From Nostoc sp. DedSLP01 (lineage in GTDB: Bacteria > Cyanobacteriota > Cyanobacteriia > Cyanobacteriales > Nostocaceae), in the NCBI GenBank assembly GCA_034530875.2, contig JAVRCJ020000038.1, forward strand, positions 1 through 64,000: DNA of 64,000 bases, read 5' to 3'. The notes under the pieces are model-generated. The model did no database searches. It worked only from the letters and a program-made list of their open reading frames with translations, and was not told where the DNA came from. Below are positions 31,743 through 42,889 of this stretch, one piece after another; position 1 is the first letter of the stretch; every line of letters begins with the position of its first letter. A program made the translations under genes and the position numbers.

Positions 31743-32648
31743 ATGGCGGATCAGTTAATTCGTGCAACAGCAGCTGAAGGTGGAATTCGTGCGGTAGGCG
31801 TAATTACGACACGTTTGACAGAAGAAGCACGGGGGCGGCACAAGCTTTCATACGTAGCAACGGCAGCACTAGGACGGACTATGGCGGCGGGCTTGTTAAT
31901 GGCTTCTAGCATGAAGCGAACTGGATCGAGGGTCAACGTGCGAGTTAAGGGTGATGGGCCTTTGGGTGGCATATTAGTAGATGCCGGTCTAGATGGTACG
32001 GTACGTGGGTATGTGGGGAATCCATCTGTGGAATTGCCTCCCAATCCTAAAGGCAAGCTAGATGTTGGCGGCGCAGTGGGTAACGGCTTCCTCTATGTTG
32101 TCCGCGATGTTGGTTATGGTTACCCTTACTCCAGTACTGTGGAATTAGTTTCTGGAGAAATTGGCGATGATGTTGCTCATTATCTGGTCAATTCCGAACA
32201 GACTCCTTCTGCTTTAGTTTTGGGTGTGTTTGTCGGAGCAGGTGGAGTAACGGCTGCTGGAGGATTACTAGTACAAGTTTTGCCCAAGGCTGCAAGAGAT
32301 GAAGCTTTAGTAGAAAAGCTAGAATCGCGGGTAGCCGCTTTAGGAGGTTTTACTCCGTTGTTGCAAGCTGGGAAAACGTTACCGGAAATATTTAGCGATT
32401 TGCTAGGAGATATGGGGTTAGTAATCTTTCCCGAACGGCAAATGCTGCGCTTCCATTGCGGTTGTTCTTTCGATCGCGTTTTGGGGGCACTGAAAATTTT
32501 GGGAGAAGCCGAACTCCAAGATATGATTGTTAAAGATGATGGTGCCGAAGCAACTTGCGATTTTTGCGGCAGCGTTTACCAGGCAAGTAGCGAGCAATTA
32601 GCTCAGCTGATTGCCGATTTGCAAGCTGAATCTACTATTTCAGGATAA
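31743..32648 (+). CDS. hslO: Hsp33 redox-regulated chaperone
   Basis: MADQLIRA start; SEQTPS; CGCS...CDFC zinc motif. Confidence 0.95.
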   Translation: MADQLIRATAAEGGIRAVGVITTRLTEEARGRHKLSYVATAALGRTMAAGLLMASSMKRTGSRVNVRVKGDGPLGGILVDAGLDGTVRGYVGNPSVELPPNPKGKLDVGGAVGNGFLYVVRDVGYGYPYSSTVELVSGEIGDDVAHYLVNSEQTPSALVLGVFVGAGGVTAAGGLLVQVLPKAARDEALVEKLESRVAALGGFTPLLQAGKTLPEIFSDLLGDMGLVIFPERQMLRFHCGCSFDRVLGALKILGEAELQDMIVKDDGAEATCDFCGSVYQASSEQLAQLIADLQAESTISG

Positions 32649-32802
32649 AAGTATAAAACAGCACTGAAGTTTTAGGGCTTTAATGGTATCTGTGGATAGA
32701 GATAATCAAAAAAGTAGCTTTTTGATTGTGAGAAAGTTACTATGGCAACAATGGAATTATCGGCTTAAAACAGAAAGCTATTCAATTATTTTGGTGTGAG
32801 AA

Positions 32803-34866
32803 ATGACAGAACGGGATATTCCAGACAGTTGGTCAGGAGGCAGAGCAAGAGAGCCAGATCAAAATACCAGATTATCCCGAACAGAGCAATTCGGTGAAAC
32901 TCAACCATTTGATGTCCCAACTACTGGTTCTAGTTCTAAGTCCGTGAAGCGGCGAAAAAAAAATAATTCCGTTGGCAAAGATAGTCATTCACAAGAAACT
33001 ACGCCAGGTAGTAAAAGTTCTTGGAAGTTGCCACGCTGGATGAGAAGTTGGATATTTTGGTCGTTACTCTTAACTTTGATTCCTGGCAGCGTAGCATTCT
33101 TGGCAACGGCAATGCTGCTGAAGTTGCCAGCTGCGCCTAATTGTCCATCGATTTTCTGGCCTTTAGCTAGTGCTTCGGTGCGTTTGCACTGCGCTCAACT
33201 GGCAGCTTCTAAGCAAACAGTGAACGATTTGCTGCAAGCGATCGCCCTGGTGAAGGAACTACCAAAAGATCACCCGTTGCACGCAGAAATTAATCGTTTT
33301 ATAGAACAATGGTCGCGGGATATTTTGCAGTTAGCTGACGAGAGTTTCCAATCAGGAAATTTAGAAGAAGCGATCGCCACTGCTCGTAAGATACCAGAAG
33401 AGGTAGCGGCTTATAAATTAGTAGACGAGCAAATTGAGAAATGGCAAACAATTTGGTCGAAAGCAGAAAGCATCTACAACAATGCGATCGCTGAAGTCCG
33501 CGAACGCAGATGGCAATCAGCGTTTATGCTGTCCGCCAGAATGCTACGCGTGGACAATCAGTACTGGGCAAGTACTAAATACGACCAATTAAACCGTTTA
33601 ATTGCCACAGCCCGCGAAGATGGCGATAAGTTAGGAAAAGCCGAAATTTTAGCCAGAAGCCAAGTTGTTGATAATTTACTAGAAGCCATCAAGTTAGCCG
33701 AGTCTATTGGGCAAGAAAGTTACCTTTACCAAAAAGCTCAAGAAGCGGTGCCGGCATTTGGACGTAAAATGTTGGAGTTGGCACAGAAGAAACTAGACCA
33801 AAAAGATGCCGAGGAAGCACTCGACATTGCTAGACAAATTCCAGAAAGCACCAAACTCCAGGCAGAAGTAGATGACTTTATCGCCATAGCTGACGCCAAA
33901 AGAAGTGCTTGGCTGGGTAACATTTCTGGTTTAGAAGCAGCGATCGCCCAAGCACAACAAATCGATCCTTCAAGACCAGTATATGAGGAAGCGCAACAGT
34001 TAATTGCTCGTTGGCAGTTGGAAATTGAAGACGTTGCCCATCTGGAAAAAGCCAGAGTATTGGCTAGCCAAGGAACAGTTAATAATTTAACAGCAGCGAT
34101 CGCCCAAGCGCAACTCATTCCTGCTAGTAACCCCAGGGGTACAGAAGCTAGGCAAGAAATGAGCCGTTGGCAAGCCCAAGTAGAGACAATCGAAGACCAA
34201 CCTTACTTGGAACGCGCCGAACAAATAGCAATATTTGAGGATATTAACTCATTACAAGCTGCGATCGCCCAAGCTAGCCAAATCCGTAGAGGTCGTGCCT
34301 TATATCCAGAAGCACGCAGAAAAATTAACACTTGGACAGCAAAAATTCAGCGCATCGAAGACCAACCCTACTTAGACCAAGCACGAGAACTGGCTTTAGG
34401 CGGAAATCTTCCCGCCGCCATTAGCGCAGCTCAACAAATTGCATCGTCGGGAAGGGCGCTTTCTGGCGAAGCAGAAGCTGCTATTAATGACTGGCAAGGG
34501 CAAATTCGCACTAGAGAAAACTGGAAAAAAGCTCAAGAAACCGCAGCGGCTGGAACGCCAGAAGCTTTGACTGAGGCAATAAGGTTAGCAAATCGGGTTT
34601 CAAGTAATAGCATCTTACGTATGGATGCCAATCTTGCCATTGACCAATGGAGCCAGCAATTATTAGAAATAGCACGTTCCGTAGGTCAGTCTGATATTCC
34701 TAGAGGAATTGAAATTGCTAAGTTAATTCCACGTAGTAGTGCAGCTTATAATTCGGCACAAGACCAAATTAAGACTTGGCAAGAGTTTCTCAATCCTCAA
34801 CCAGAACCTTCGCCTCCCTTGGAGTCTCCAGAATCGCCACCATCAACGACTACTATTGGTCAGTGA
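32803..34866 (+). CDS. Membrane-anchored helical-repeat protein of unknown function
   Basis: One TM, PNCP...RLHCAQ, repeated L..AIA.A.QI...R..Y.EA...I..W units; no Walker A motif. Confidence 0.8.
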   Translation: MTERDIPDSWSGGRAREPDQNTRLSRTEQFGETQPFDVPTTGSSSKSVKRRKKNNSVGKDSHSQETTPGSKSSWKLPRWMRSWIFWSLLLTLIPGSVAFLATAMLLKLPAAPNCPSIFWPLASASVRLHCAQLAASKQTVNDLLQAIALVKELPKDHPLHAEINRFIEQWSRDILQLADESFQSGNLEEAIATARKIPEEVAAYKLVDEQIEKWQTIWSKAESIYNNAIAEVRERRWQSAFMLSARMLRVDNQYWASTKYDQLNRLIATAREDGDKLGKAEILARSQVVDNLLEAIKLAESIGQESYLYQKAQEAVPAFGRKMLELAQKKLDQKDAEEALDIARQIPESTKLQAEVDDFIAIADAKRSAWLGNISGLEAAIAQAQQIDPSRPVYEEAQQLIARWQLEIEDVAHLEKARVLASQGTVNNLTAAIAQAQLIPASNPRGTEARQEMSRWQAQVETIEDQPYLERAEQIAIFEDINSLQAAIAQASQIRRGRALYPEARRKINTWTAKIQRIEDQPYLDQARELALGGNLPAAISAAQQIASSGRALSGEAEAAINDWQGQIRTRENWKKAQETAAAGTPEALTEAIRLANRVSSNSILRMDANLAIDQWSQQLLEIARSVGQSDIPRGIEIAKLIPRSSAAYNSAQDQIKTWQEFLNPQPEPSPPLESPESPPSTTTIGQ

Positions 34867-35026
34867 TTGTTTGTATTTTAGATCGGTGTATAGAGCAATA
34901 CGGCTGTGTTCGGAAAAATTGTAGGGTGTATTATTGCTCAGGTAAGGCATCATTCGAGATTCTTGGTGCGTTATGGATGTTAGTCCTAACGCACCCCATC
35001 ACATTCAGCTTTACAATACCGAATAC

Positions 35027-35905
35027 TCAATCACCGATCGCTTCTCCCCATTCTTTAATCACAGCAAATAGTGATGAATAATCGTCTTCAGCAAATGACA
35101 TTTTCGCTGCTGTTTGTAAGATTTGTCGCACTCCTTTAATGCTGCTGAGGTCTAAACTCACAGCTTTTGCTTCCGAGATAAACAATTCTGTATCTTTGAG
35201 CAAGTGTTTTGTAGGAAAATCGGGTTTGGTATAATTGCTATCCAACATTCGTTGGAGTTTTTTGTCAAAGGCGGGCGCATAAAGCGAACTCTCGCGCAAA
35301 ATTTGCATAAACTTATCCACATCGACGCCTTGACGCTGGACAAAAGCAAGGCTCAGAGCAAAGCTAGTTGTTAGGGAAGCTATTAGTTGATTGAGTGCCA
35401 ATTTCAGTGCTGCCGCACTTCCCACAGGGCCGATAAGTAAAGCTTCTGTGCCAAAATGCTGAAGTAACTGCAAGTGGCGTTCGTATTGTTCTGGTTTAGC
35501 GCCTACCATAACAATCAACTTGCCAGCTTGTACTTCGGGGACGCTTCCTAAGACTGGTGCTTCTAAATATTCACCACCACCTGCAACAACTGCATCTCTA
35601 ATTTCCTGGCTTTCAGTGGGAGTAATTGTTCCCATTTGGATGATAGTGCGACCTTTGAGAGTTTGGGAAGCTCTATCTGAAAGCAAGACATTATAAATAG
35701 CTGGGGCATTAGTAAGCATCAGGATTACACACTTAGCAGCGCTAATGGCGTGGCGCGAGTGTGTGGCAATTTCAGCCCCAGCTGCTTGTAGTGGTGCTAA
35801 CTTTTCTGGGGTGCGATTATAGGCAATTAGCTGTATATCTGCGGCTAATAACCTTTGAGCCATTGGGAGTCCCATCAGTCCAGTTCCCAGAAATGCCACC
35901 TTCAT
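35027..35905 (-). CDS. NAD(P)-dependent oxidoreductase, beta-hydroxyacid dehydrogenase family
   Basis: GTGLMG Rossmann motif, YNRT, EAPVLGS, KLALN. Confidence 0.9.
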   Translation of the reverse strand: MKVAFLGTGLMGLPMAQRLLAADIQLIAYNRTPEKLAPLQAAGAEIATHSRHAISAAKCVILMLTNAPAIYNVLLSDRASQTLKGRTIIQMGTITPTESQEIRDAVVAGGGEYLEAPVLGSVPEVQAGKLIVMVGAKPEQYERHLQLLQHFGTEALLIGPVGSAAALKLALNQLIASLTTSFALSLAFVQRQGVDVDKFMQILRESSLYAPAFDKKLQRMLDSNYTKPDFPTKHLLKDTELFISEAKAVSLDLSSIKGVRQILQTAAKMSFAEDDYSSLFAVIKEWGEAIGD

Positions 35906-36203
35906 TTTTACGTTCCTTTTAATACAGCGTAGGCTTAGTCCTTCGGAGACCTTGCGTTTTCAAGATTGATTATCAGTTCTCACTAAGAATGTCCTATTTC
36001 AACCACCGGCGGCAAAAGTCAGCATAATCACAACTGAAAGCAATAGACCTGGAGTAAGTAGAGTTACTAACATTAATAAATCGTGAGCAGACATAATTGT
36101 TACTTGCCAATTGTGTTTAACTTTACACTAATCACTGTTATGCTAGTCTAAATAAAACTAATAGCGCATTCTTAAATAGAGTTTTAACTTTTCAAGTTGA
36201 GAT

Positions 36204-37391
36204 TTACTCTGGCAAGGTCAATCCTTTTAGGGGTTGAGAAGTTTGTGTCTCATCAAGATTTTTACTCTGAATTAAAACTCCAAAACCGCCAAGCCCAGTA
36301 GGATCTAAAAGCTGGTGTAGTGCATTCCGCCGCTGTAGTAATTGTGAGAGTGGTAGCTTTTGATAGGAAAGAGCAGCAATTCGTTCCCCTAATCCCAAGG
36401 CCATCAAAAATAATGCTTGTTGAATAAAACCAACGTTCTTTAAGCCGCAGCGATCGCCCCAGCGTTCCAAAGCTGTAAAGTCAACATGGGCAGTAATATC
36501 TTGTCTTCCGATATTGATATAAGGGTTGTCATGATAACGGTGGTGGTAGTAGCACTGTAACGTTCCTTGCGATCGCCTGGGATTGTAGTAACGAGTAGCC
36601 GGGTAACCATAATCAATTGTTAGCACATAGCCGAGCTGCAAGCGGTCTGCTACTATACTCAACCAGTTGAGAGCAACCAAATTAATTTCACTGCGGTAAC
36701 CATCTGGGTATGCACCTGACGTTAAATCGATGCCTACTAAGTCGAAATACTCAGCTAATTGAGGCGTGGAAGGTTCGGCTGCGACTTCTAGAAATGAAGG
36801 GTATGGCGCATTGATTTGTTTGTCATTGCTATCTGTTATCACATAAATTTCTCGCAGTTCCCCGGTTTCTAGAGTGAATTGATGAACTGGGAAGGCATCA
36901 ACTAACTCATTAGAAAAAAAGCAGCCAACGATTGCATTTGCTGGTATATCCTCTAGATTGCACCAACGTACAGGTAAACCTTGTAAGCGTTGTTGCTGTT
37001 GTTGCCTTAAAGTTGGCGATTTTTCCACAATTAGGTAGTCCAGCGCCGCGAAAAAGTCCGGATACTGTAGCTCGTAATACTTTAGAATATGCAATGCCAG
37101 CAATCCTTGACCGGCTCCCATTTCTACTAGAGAAAACGGCACAGGTCGCCCTAAAATTTCCCACATTTGCAAAAATTGTTCTGCAAGTACTTCGCCAAAA
37201 TCAGCACTGAGGTTAGGAGACGTGAAAAAATCACCACCTTGAAAGCCAATTTTGACTGCATCGCTAGAATAGTAGCCGTATTCGGGGTGGTATAGTGCCA
37301 TATCCATGAATTCGGCGAAAGAAATTCGCTTTTGCGGATTGGTGGTAATATGATGAGCGATCGCTGCACACAATGCTGGGTTTGAATCCAT
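36204..37391 (-). CDS. SAM-dependent methyltransferase, MidA/NDUFAF7 family
   Basis: ALYHPEYGYY, GDFFTSP, EMGAGQG, SNELVDAFP, IDYG, QDITAHVDF. Confidence 0.9.
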   Translation of the reverse strand: MDSNPALCAAIAHHITTNPQKRISFAEFMDMALYHPEYGYYSSDAVKIGFQGGDFFTSPNLSADFGEVLAEQFLQMWEILGRPVPFSLVEMGAGQGLLALHILKYYELQYPDFFAALDYLIVEKSPTLRQQQQQRLQGLPVRWCNLEDIPANAIVGCFFSNELVDAFPVHQFTLETGELREIYVITDSNDKQINAPYPSFLEVAAEPSTPQLAEYFDLVGIDLTSGAYPDGYRSEINLVALNWLSIVADRLQLGYVLTIDYGYPATRYYNPRRSQGTLQCYYHHRYHDNPYINIGRQDITAHVDFTALERWGDRCGLKNVGFIQQALFLMALGLGERIAALSYQKLPLSQLLQRRNALHQLLDPTGLGGFGVLIQSKNLDETQTSQPLKGLTLPE

Positions 37392-37722
37392 AAAATTTGA
37401 AATTGGGCATTAAAAGAAATAATTAATTGCCAGTAACGCAATCAATTTAACTGAAGTATATAAATCATAGTTGAAAGAAAACCGCTTTGTTCAATACAAA
37501 GGCTGACCAAAAAAATTAATTTGCAATTTGCAATTGGGAATACTGCTGTGGATAAAAACTAGTCTAGGTAAAACCCAACTTTTCAACACTCAGATATTAT
37601 CAAATCCAAATTCAGCATCTTCTGCATATCTTTAGAAAACTCCTAAGAGTGGTTACGTTAAAGTTACTTGTTGCTTTGGGTAGTCTAGGTTTACGTTTAA
37701 CAAAAAAGAAGCTATCGAACTT

Positions 37723-40011
37723 ATGAATACAGTAGCCAACAAAAATCAACAGCTAGGGGGTTTATATGTCCAATCTTCCCAAGAACAGCAACTAGTTTTT
37801 CCCCTCAAGCATACGGAAGTGCTAGCAAAAGTTGCAGGCAATTTGTCACGAGTTGAGGTGATTCAAAGCTTTGAAAATTCTTTTACGCAGCCTTTAGAAG
37901 CAGTGTATATCTTTCCATTACCGGATGAGGCAGCGGTAGATGATATGGAAATTAAAATCGGTGACCGAACTATCAAAGGTAGTATTAAAAAACGTGAAGA
38001 AGCGCAACAAATTTATGAAAAAGCAAAACAACAAGGACGTACCGCAGGGCTTTTAGAACAGGAGCGAGACAACATTTTTACCCAATCTCTGGCTAACATC
38101 AAACCTGGCGAACAAATCGATGTCACAATTCGCTACACCGAAAGTTTGAAATTTGAGGCGGGAAACTATGAATTTGTTTTTCCGATGGTGGTAGGGCCGA
38201 GATATATTCCTGGAACGCCGATAGATAATAGCGGCGATACAGATAGAGTTCCTGATGCTTCTCGGATTACACCGCCTGTAGTCCCAGAAGGAATGCGATC
38301 GCGGCATGATATTAATGTCACAGTAGAAATTGATGCAGGTTTACCAATTTCTCAAGTGCGTTCTCCTTCTCATCAATTAAAAATTGAACATTCAGGTCAA
38401 ATAGTCCGGATTCAATTAGCTGGAGAAGATACAATTCCCAACAAAGACTTAATTCTTCGCTATCAAGTTTCTGGTCAAGAAACTCAATCTACAGTATTAA
38501 CCCAAGCCGACGATCGCGGCGGACATTTTGCCATATATTTAATTCCAGCTTTGTCATATTCAACTGATGAAATTGTCCCCAAAGATGTTGTTTTTTTGGT
38601 GGACACTTCTGGTTCCCAATCAGGCGAACCGTTAAAACAATGCCAAGAATTGATGCGAAGATTCATTAATGGGTTGAATCCCAACGATACTTTCACAATT
38701 CTCGATTTTTCTGATAGAGTTAGACAGTTATCAAAGACACCTTTACCGAATACACCAGAAAATTGCGCTCAAGCGATCGCTTATATTAATAATTTACGAG
38801 CTTCTGGGGGTACAGAAATGCTCGGCGGCATTCGTACAGCCATAAATTTCCCCACACCAGCCGGAAGATTGCGCTCTGTTGTGCTTCTAACCGATGGCTA
38901 CATCGGTAACGAAAATGAAATTTTGGCAGAGGTACAACAGTATCTCCAACCAGGAAATCGCCTTTATAGTTTCGGTGCTGGTAGTTCAGTTAACCGTTTT
39001 TTACTGAATCGCATTGCTGAAATTGGTCGGGGAATATCTAGAATTATTCGTCATGATGAACCCGCACAAGAAGTTGCCGAAAAGTTCTACAAACAAATCA
39101 ATAATCCCGTACTTACGAATATTGAAATATCTTGGCAAGGCGACACAGAATCGCCTGTGATTTATCCGAAGATAGCGCCTGATTTATTCAGCGAACAGCC
39201 ATTAGTTTTATTTGGTCGCAAACAAGATAAAGCCAGCGGTAATCTGCAAATCTCTGGCATTGCTGCGGGCGGTAAGCACTATGAAAAAACGTTTCACCTT
39301 ACATTTGAGGAAACGGGAAACCTTGCTGTAGCGCAGTTATGGGGACGTGCTTGCATCAAAGACTTGATGAATCAAATGGTGAGTTTTGATACGAAAGCTG
39401 GTGTAGAGGCAGTGACAGAAACCGCTTTAACTTATCAACTGCTTTCTCAGTACACCGCTTTTGTTGCTGTCAGCGATGACGTGCGAGTTGAACCAGGAAG
39501 CGAATATGTGTCTATGCAGATACCAGTGGAAATGCCGGAGGGAGTGAGTTACGAAGGAGTGTTCGGTAGTCCTCCATCTGGTGCTGTTTTGCGTCAAATA
39601 CAATTCTCAATAGCACCAGCGCCAGCTTCAGCAGAAGCTCCAAATTTTTTATTGCCAAGACGGGTATCAAAGCCAAAAAAGAAAAAAAAATCAGCCGCCC
39701 CATCTGTAAAATCGGCAGCGCCCATACTTCACCAGTTAGAAGTCATCAGCGCCACTGGCTTGGATGAAATCGCAATTGCTGACTTAATCCAACACTTACA
39801 ACAAATAGATTTACCCCCAGGCTTTAGTGGTGAAATCGTCTTCGAGTTCGCTGTTAACAAAGGTCGGGTAGCCGGGATAATCTTGGATGAAGCAGCATCC
39901 ACTCAAAAAGATGCAGTTGTAGTGGAGAAAATTGAGCGATCGCTGCTAATTTGGAGAATTCCCACATCTACAACTGCTAAAGTAGTTTTAACCTTGCATA
40001 TTCACGTTTAA
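37723..40011 (+). CDS. VIT + vWA domain protein
   Basis: EAVYIFPLP VIT domain; DTSGSQ MIDAS, GGTE, LTDG; LSQYTAFVAV. Confidence 0.9.
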   Translation: MNTVANKNQQLGGLYVQSSQEQQLVFPLKHTEVLAKVAGNLSRVEVIQSFENSFTQPLEAVYIFPLPDEAAVDDMEIKIGDRTIKGSIKKREEAQQIYEKAKQQGRTAGLLEQERDNIFTQSLANIKPGEQIDVTIRYTESLKFEAGNYEFVFPMVVGPRYIPGTPIDNSGDTDRVPDASRITPPVVPEGMRSRHDINVTVEIDAGLPISQVRSPSHQLKIEHSGQIVRIQLAGEDTIPNKDLILRYQVSGQETQSTVLTQADDRGGHFAIYLIPALSYSTDEIVPKDVVFLVDTSGSQSGEPLKQCQELMRRFINGLNPNDTFTILDFSDRVRQLSKTPLPNTPENCAQAIAYINNLRASGGTEMLGGIRTAINFPTPAGRLRSVVLLTDGYIGNENEILAEVQQYLQPGNRLYSFGAGSSVNRFLLNRIAEIGRGISRIIRHDEPAQEVAEKFYKQINNPVLTNIEISWQGDTESPVIYPKIAPDLFSEQPLVLFGRKQDKASGNLQISGIAAGGKHYEKTFHLTFEETGNLAVAQLWGRACIKDLMNQMVSFDTKAGVEAVTETALTYQLLSQYTAFVAVSDDVRVEPGSEYVSMQIPVEMPEGVSYEGVFGSPPSGAVLRQIQFSIAPAPASAEAPNFLLPRRVSKPKKKKKSAAPSVKSAAPILHQLEVISATGLDEIAIADLIQHLQQIDLPPGFSGEIVFEFAVNKGRVAGIILDEAASTQKDAVVVEKIERSLLIWRIPTSTTAKVVLTLHIHV

Positions 40012-40042
40012 CAAATTTGTAGAAATGCACAATGCAGCATCT

Positions 40043-40618
40043 CTACTTATTAGCAGGGGTTTTTACCTGACGTGCAAGTTCTAAGTAAGCATTCATATTT
40101 GCTCCCGGACGCCGACGGCCATTAGAGCCATTAGCTGAAGGAGCTAAATACTTAGGAGCAAAGGTAGTTTCAGTTGGCTGCTGTTTTAAGACTTTGGCTG
40201 CCGCAGCTTTTTCATTGTTGCCAGGTTGAACTTTTAGACCCTCAGCAGTTTGCACTAGCTCAACATCAGCTGGTTTTGGATTCTTAGCTGATTTTTCTTC
40301 TTTATTTGATTTAGTTGATTTTGCCTTACCGTTAGTTGTGTCGGCTTTTGTTCCGTTCAATGAATCTGGCTTCGATGCGGCTGGTGCGTCTGATGTAATT
40401 GTTTCCGTTACTTTTTTCGCACTCGAGCCAACTGTCTCTACTACTTTCTTCGCGTTTGATGCTACCTCTTGAGCTGCCTCTTTAGCAATACCCTTGGCTT
40501 CGTCCAATTCTAAGAAGTAGCCGTTGCTTTTCTTCCCTGGTAATAAGCCAGTCACAAAACCCAGGATACCCCCTAGAAAACCGAGAATACCTGAGATCAA
40601 ATTTTTGATAAAACCCAT
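40043..40618 (-). CDS. Hypothetical protein
   Basis: 191 aa; amphipathic N-terminus, low-complexity middle, C-terminal RRRPGANM..YL.LARQ; AGGAG RBS. Confidence 0.75.
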   Translation of the reverse strand: MGFIKNLISGILGFLGGILGFVTGLLPGKKSNGYFLELDEAKGIAKEAAQEVASNAKKVVETVGSSAKKVTETITSDAPAASKPDSLNGTKADTTNGKAKSTKSNKEEKSAKNPKPADVELVQTAEGLKVQPGNNEKAAAAKVLKQQPTETTFAPKYLAPSANGSNGRRRPGANMNAYLELARQVKTPANK

Positions 40619-41080
40619 TACAATTACTCCTGCCTTCTTAATATTTGAAATTTGACCGTAATTGTTAAAAATTACGACAAAGTGTTACATTTTCTACTTT
40701 GCGTCACCTTATTCTGGTGACAACCTCTATAGGTTTGTCTTTAATGAACATTGTAGTAAAACTACACGATAAATACTTGCTTATAAGCACTTACCAGCTA
40801 TATACACCGAGACCTAATTATTAAATTTTACTGTAACTAAGAGCAAGATTCTGAAAGCTAGCTTCATAAAAATTAACATTTCTTTGTCAAATAATTTAGG
40901 CAAGCGCTTTGCTTTTAACCAGCGAAAAGAGTGTCATACCCTATTAGCAGGCGCATCTGATATTGAGTTATATTTTTTACAAAGTTGCTCCAAGCTATCT
41001 TAAAGTTTTGGCAAAATACAGTAGTTTGCAAATAAATGAGGTACACAACTGGAGAATTGAATATAGAAATTCTTCTTTTC

Positions 41081-41188
41081 CCTCCTGCCCTCTGCCGACG
41101 CTCGCGGACTCGCTCTAAGCGAAGCCATGCCGTTGGCAAAGCCTCTCGTAGAGAAGGCTTTACGCCGCGCTATCCTGCCTCCTGCCTC
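41081..41188. repeat. Nested small dispersed repeats inside an STRR
   Basis: CCTCCTGCCCTCTGCC [GACGCTCGCGGACTCGCT [..AAGCGAAGCCATGCCG [TTGGCAAAGCCTCTCGTAGAG] AAGGCTTTA] CGCCGCGCTA] TCCTGCCTCCTGCCTC. Confidence 0.6.
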
Positions 41189-41322
41189 AAAACCATTAAC
41201 TCTGTACCTCATACAAATCAAAACTGCTGTATCTTTTGAAAAATCTGAAAAGCAATAACTTCAGTTTGTAGAGCAGTATGTACCTACAAAAGTGAAAAAA
41301 ACCCTTACATTTAGGGAGATTT

Positions 41323-41964
41323 GTGTCAATGAACATTGAAAATCAGCAACGCAATCCCGTTTTGTTAATCCACGGAATTGACGATACAGAGGCAGTTTTC
41401 CGCCAAATGAGAGCGTACCTAATAGAACAAGGTTTCACCGTACATGCTCTGAATTTAATGCCGAAGAATGGTGATTTAGGTCTTGATGAATTGGCAAAAC
41501 AAGTAGCTGATTATGCCACGACGAACTTTGGAACAGAAAAACCACTGGATTTGGTAGGCTTTAGCATGGGAGGAATTGTCAGCCGTTACTATGTCCAACG
41601 GTTGGGAGGAATTAACCGCGTGCAGCGGTTTATCACAATTGCTTCGCCGCATCATGGAACTGTCGTTGCTTACGGTTCCAGACGTCCTGGTTGCGTACAA
41701 ATGCGCCCCGACAGCCTTTTTCTCAAGGATTTAAATTCTGATGCTGTAATCTTGAAGCAACTAAATTTTACATCTATCTGGACACCTTACGATCTAATGA
41801 TCGTGCCTGCGAATAGTTCGCAAATGCCCGTTGGAAACCAAGTAATAGTACCAGTTGCTCTACACCCTTGGATGCTTACAGACTCCAGAAGTTTAGCAGC
41901 AGTAACAGCAGCTTTAGTAGAGCCTATTAAGCTACCCCTTCTCAAGAAAAAATTCAGTCAGTAG
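41323..41964 (+). CDS. Small alpha/beta hydrolase (lipase/esterase)
   Basis: LIHG oxyanion motif, GFSMGG nucleophile elbow, D and H candidates (YDLMI, LHPWM). Confidence 0.9.
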   Translation: MSMNIENQQRNPVLLIHGIDDTEAVFRQMRAYLIEQGFTVHALNLMPKNGDLGLDELAKQVADYATTNFGTEKPLDLVGFSMGGIVSRYYVQRLGGINRVQRFITIASPHHGTVVAYGSRRPGCVQMRPDSLFLKDLNSDAVILKQLNFTSIWTPYDLMIVPANSSQMPVGNQVIVPVALHPWMLTDSRSLAAVTAALVEPIKLPLLKKKFSQ

Positions 41965-42022
41965 CTAAAATACTCGTGACACTTTATTTATTTCTAATTA
42001 CGAATTATGAATTACGAATTAT

Positions 42023-42454
42023 TTAAGTTCTATCTCCAATTTGTGTATGTTCGGAACTTCCGAAAATTGCTTCTGGGTAGCGATAATACTTAAACTCCAT
42101 TAGGTTATAAAAGGGATCCTCTAAAAAGAAAGTACGATGCTCGAGAGGAGAACCAACAAAACGATTTTTGCCTTCTTCGCGGAAAATTAGCTGTTGCTGT
42201 TGTGCCCTTTTTAGTAAGTCTTCCCAGCCACGTTCTTCGGTAAAAATTAGCCCAAAGTGTCTGGGATAGATAGTCTGTTGGGGTGTTAAAGGTTCTTTGG
42301 TAATATGAGCTACCAGTTGATGACCTTGGAGATTGAGAATTAGCGCGTGCCGGTTTTCACGACCGGGAATGCAACCCAAGCCATCTACATAATATTTTTT
42401 TGTCTGGGCAATGTCAGTTACAGGGAAAGCAAGATGGAATATGGTTTGGCTCAT
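42023..42454 (-). CDS. VOC/glyoxalase family protein
   Basis: FHLAFPV, RHFG, DPFYNLMEFK. Confidence 0.88.
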   Translation of the reverse strand: MSQTIFHLAFPVTDIAQTKKYYVDGLGCIPGRENRHALILNLQGHQLVAHITKEPLTPQQTIYPRHFGLIFTEERGWEDLLKRAQQQQLIFREEGKNRFVGSPLEHRTFFLEDPFYNLMEFKYYRYPEAIFGSSEHTQIGDRT

Positions 42455-42889
42455 AACTTTATGGAAAAAATTAATGGTTGATGCTATCTACAATCTATGC
42501 TGTAAAGTCTTAATTGCGGTCAATTAAAACACAGTTTTAATTGAGAAAAACTTATATCCTTTACCCTAATATGACCAAGATGGCACACTAGGCATTATTT
42601 CATTATTTTTCTTGTAGCATCGGCGTTTTAGTTACTTAAACTCAGGCAGATGCTCATCCTATAAGATAAAGAGTGAATCTGAGCAAAGTAAAGTTTGCAT
42701 TTTGCTTAATTGATTGTTTTTTAGCCAATATTGCAGTCTATCTGTAGACCATTGTTTCTATTTCTACATCTAGCTTTAAGAGCGATACCTGTGCGATTAA
42801 TTTGGCAATAGTGTTATTAATTAAGCACTAAGTGTCCTAAATTCGGTATTCTGTTGATATTCAGATAAAATTACCTTAAATAATTACTG

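Noticed and set aside
32803..34866. Chromosome segregation ATPase label
   Set aside because: No Walker A/B motifs in the sequence.
40752..40766. NtcA site upstream of the 40043-40618 gene
   Set aside because: Spacing is GTA-N7-TAC, not the canonical N8.
40915..41239. Three overlapping short ORFs
   Set aside because: They span the nested repeat cluster and are probably spurious.
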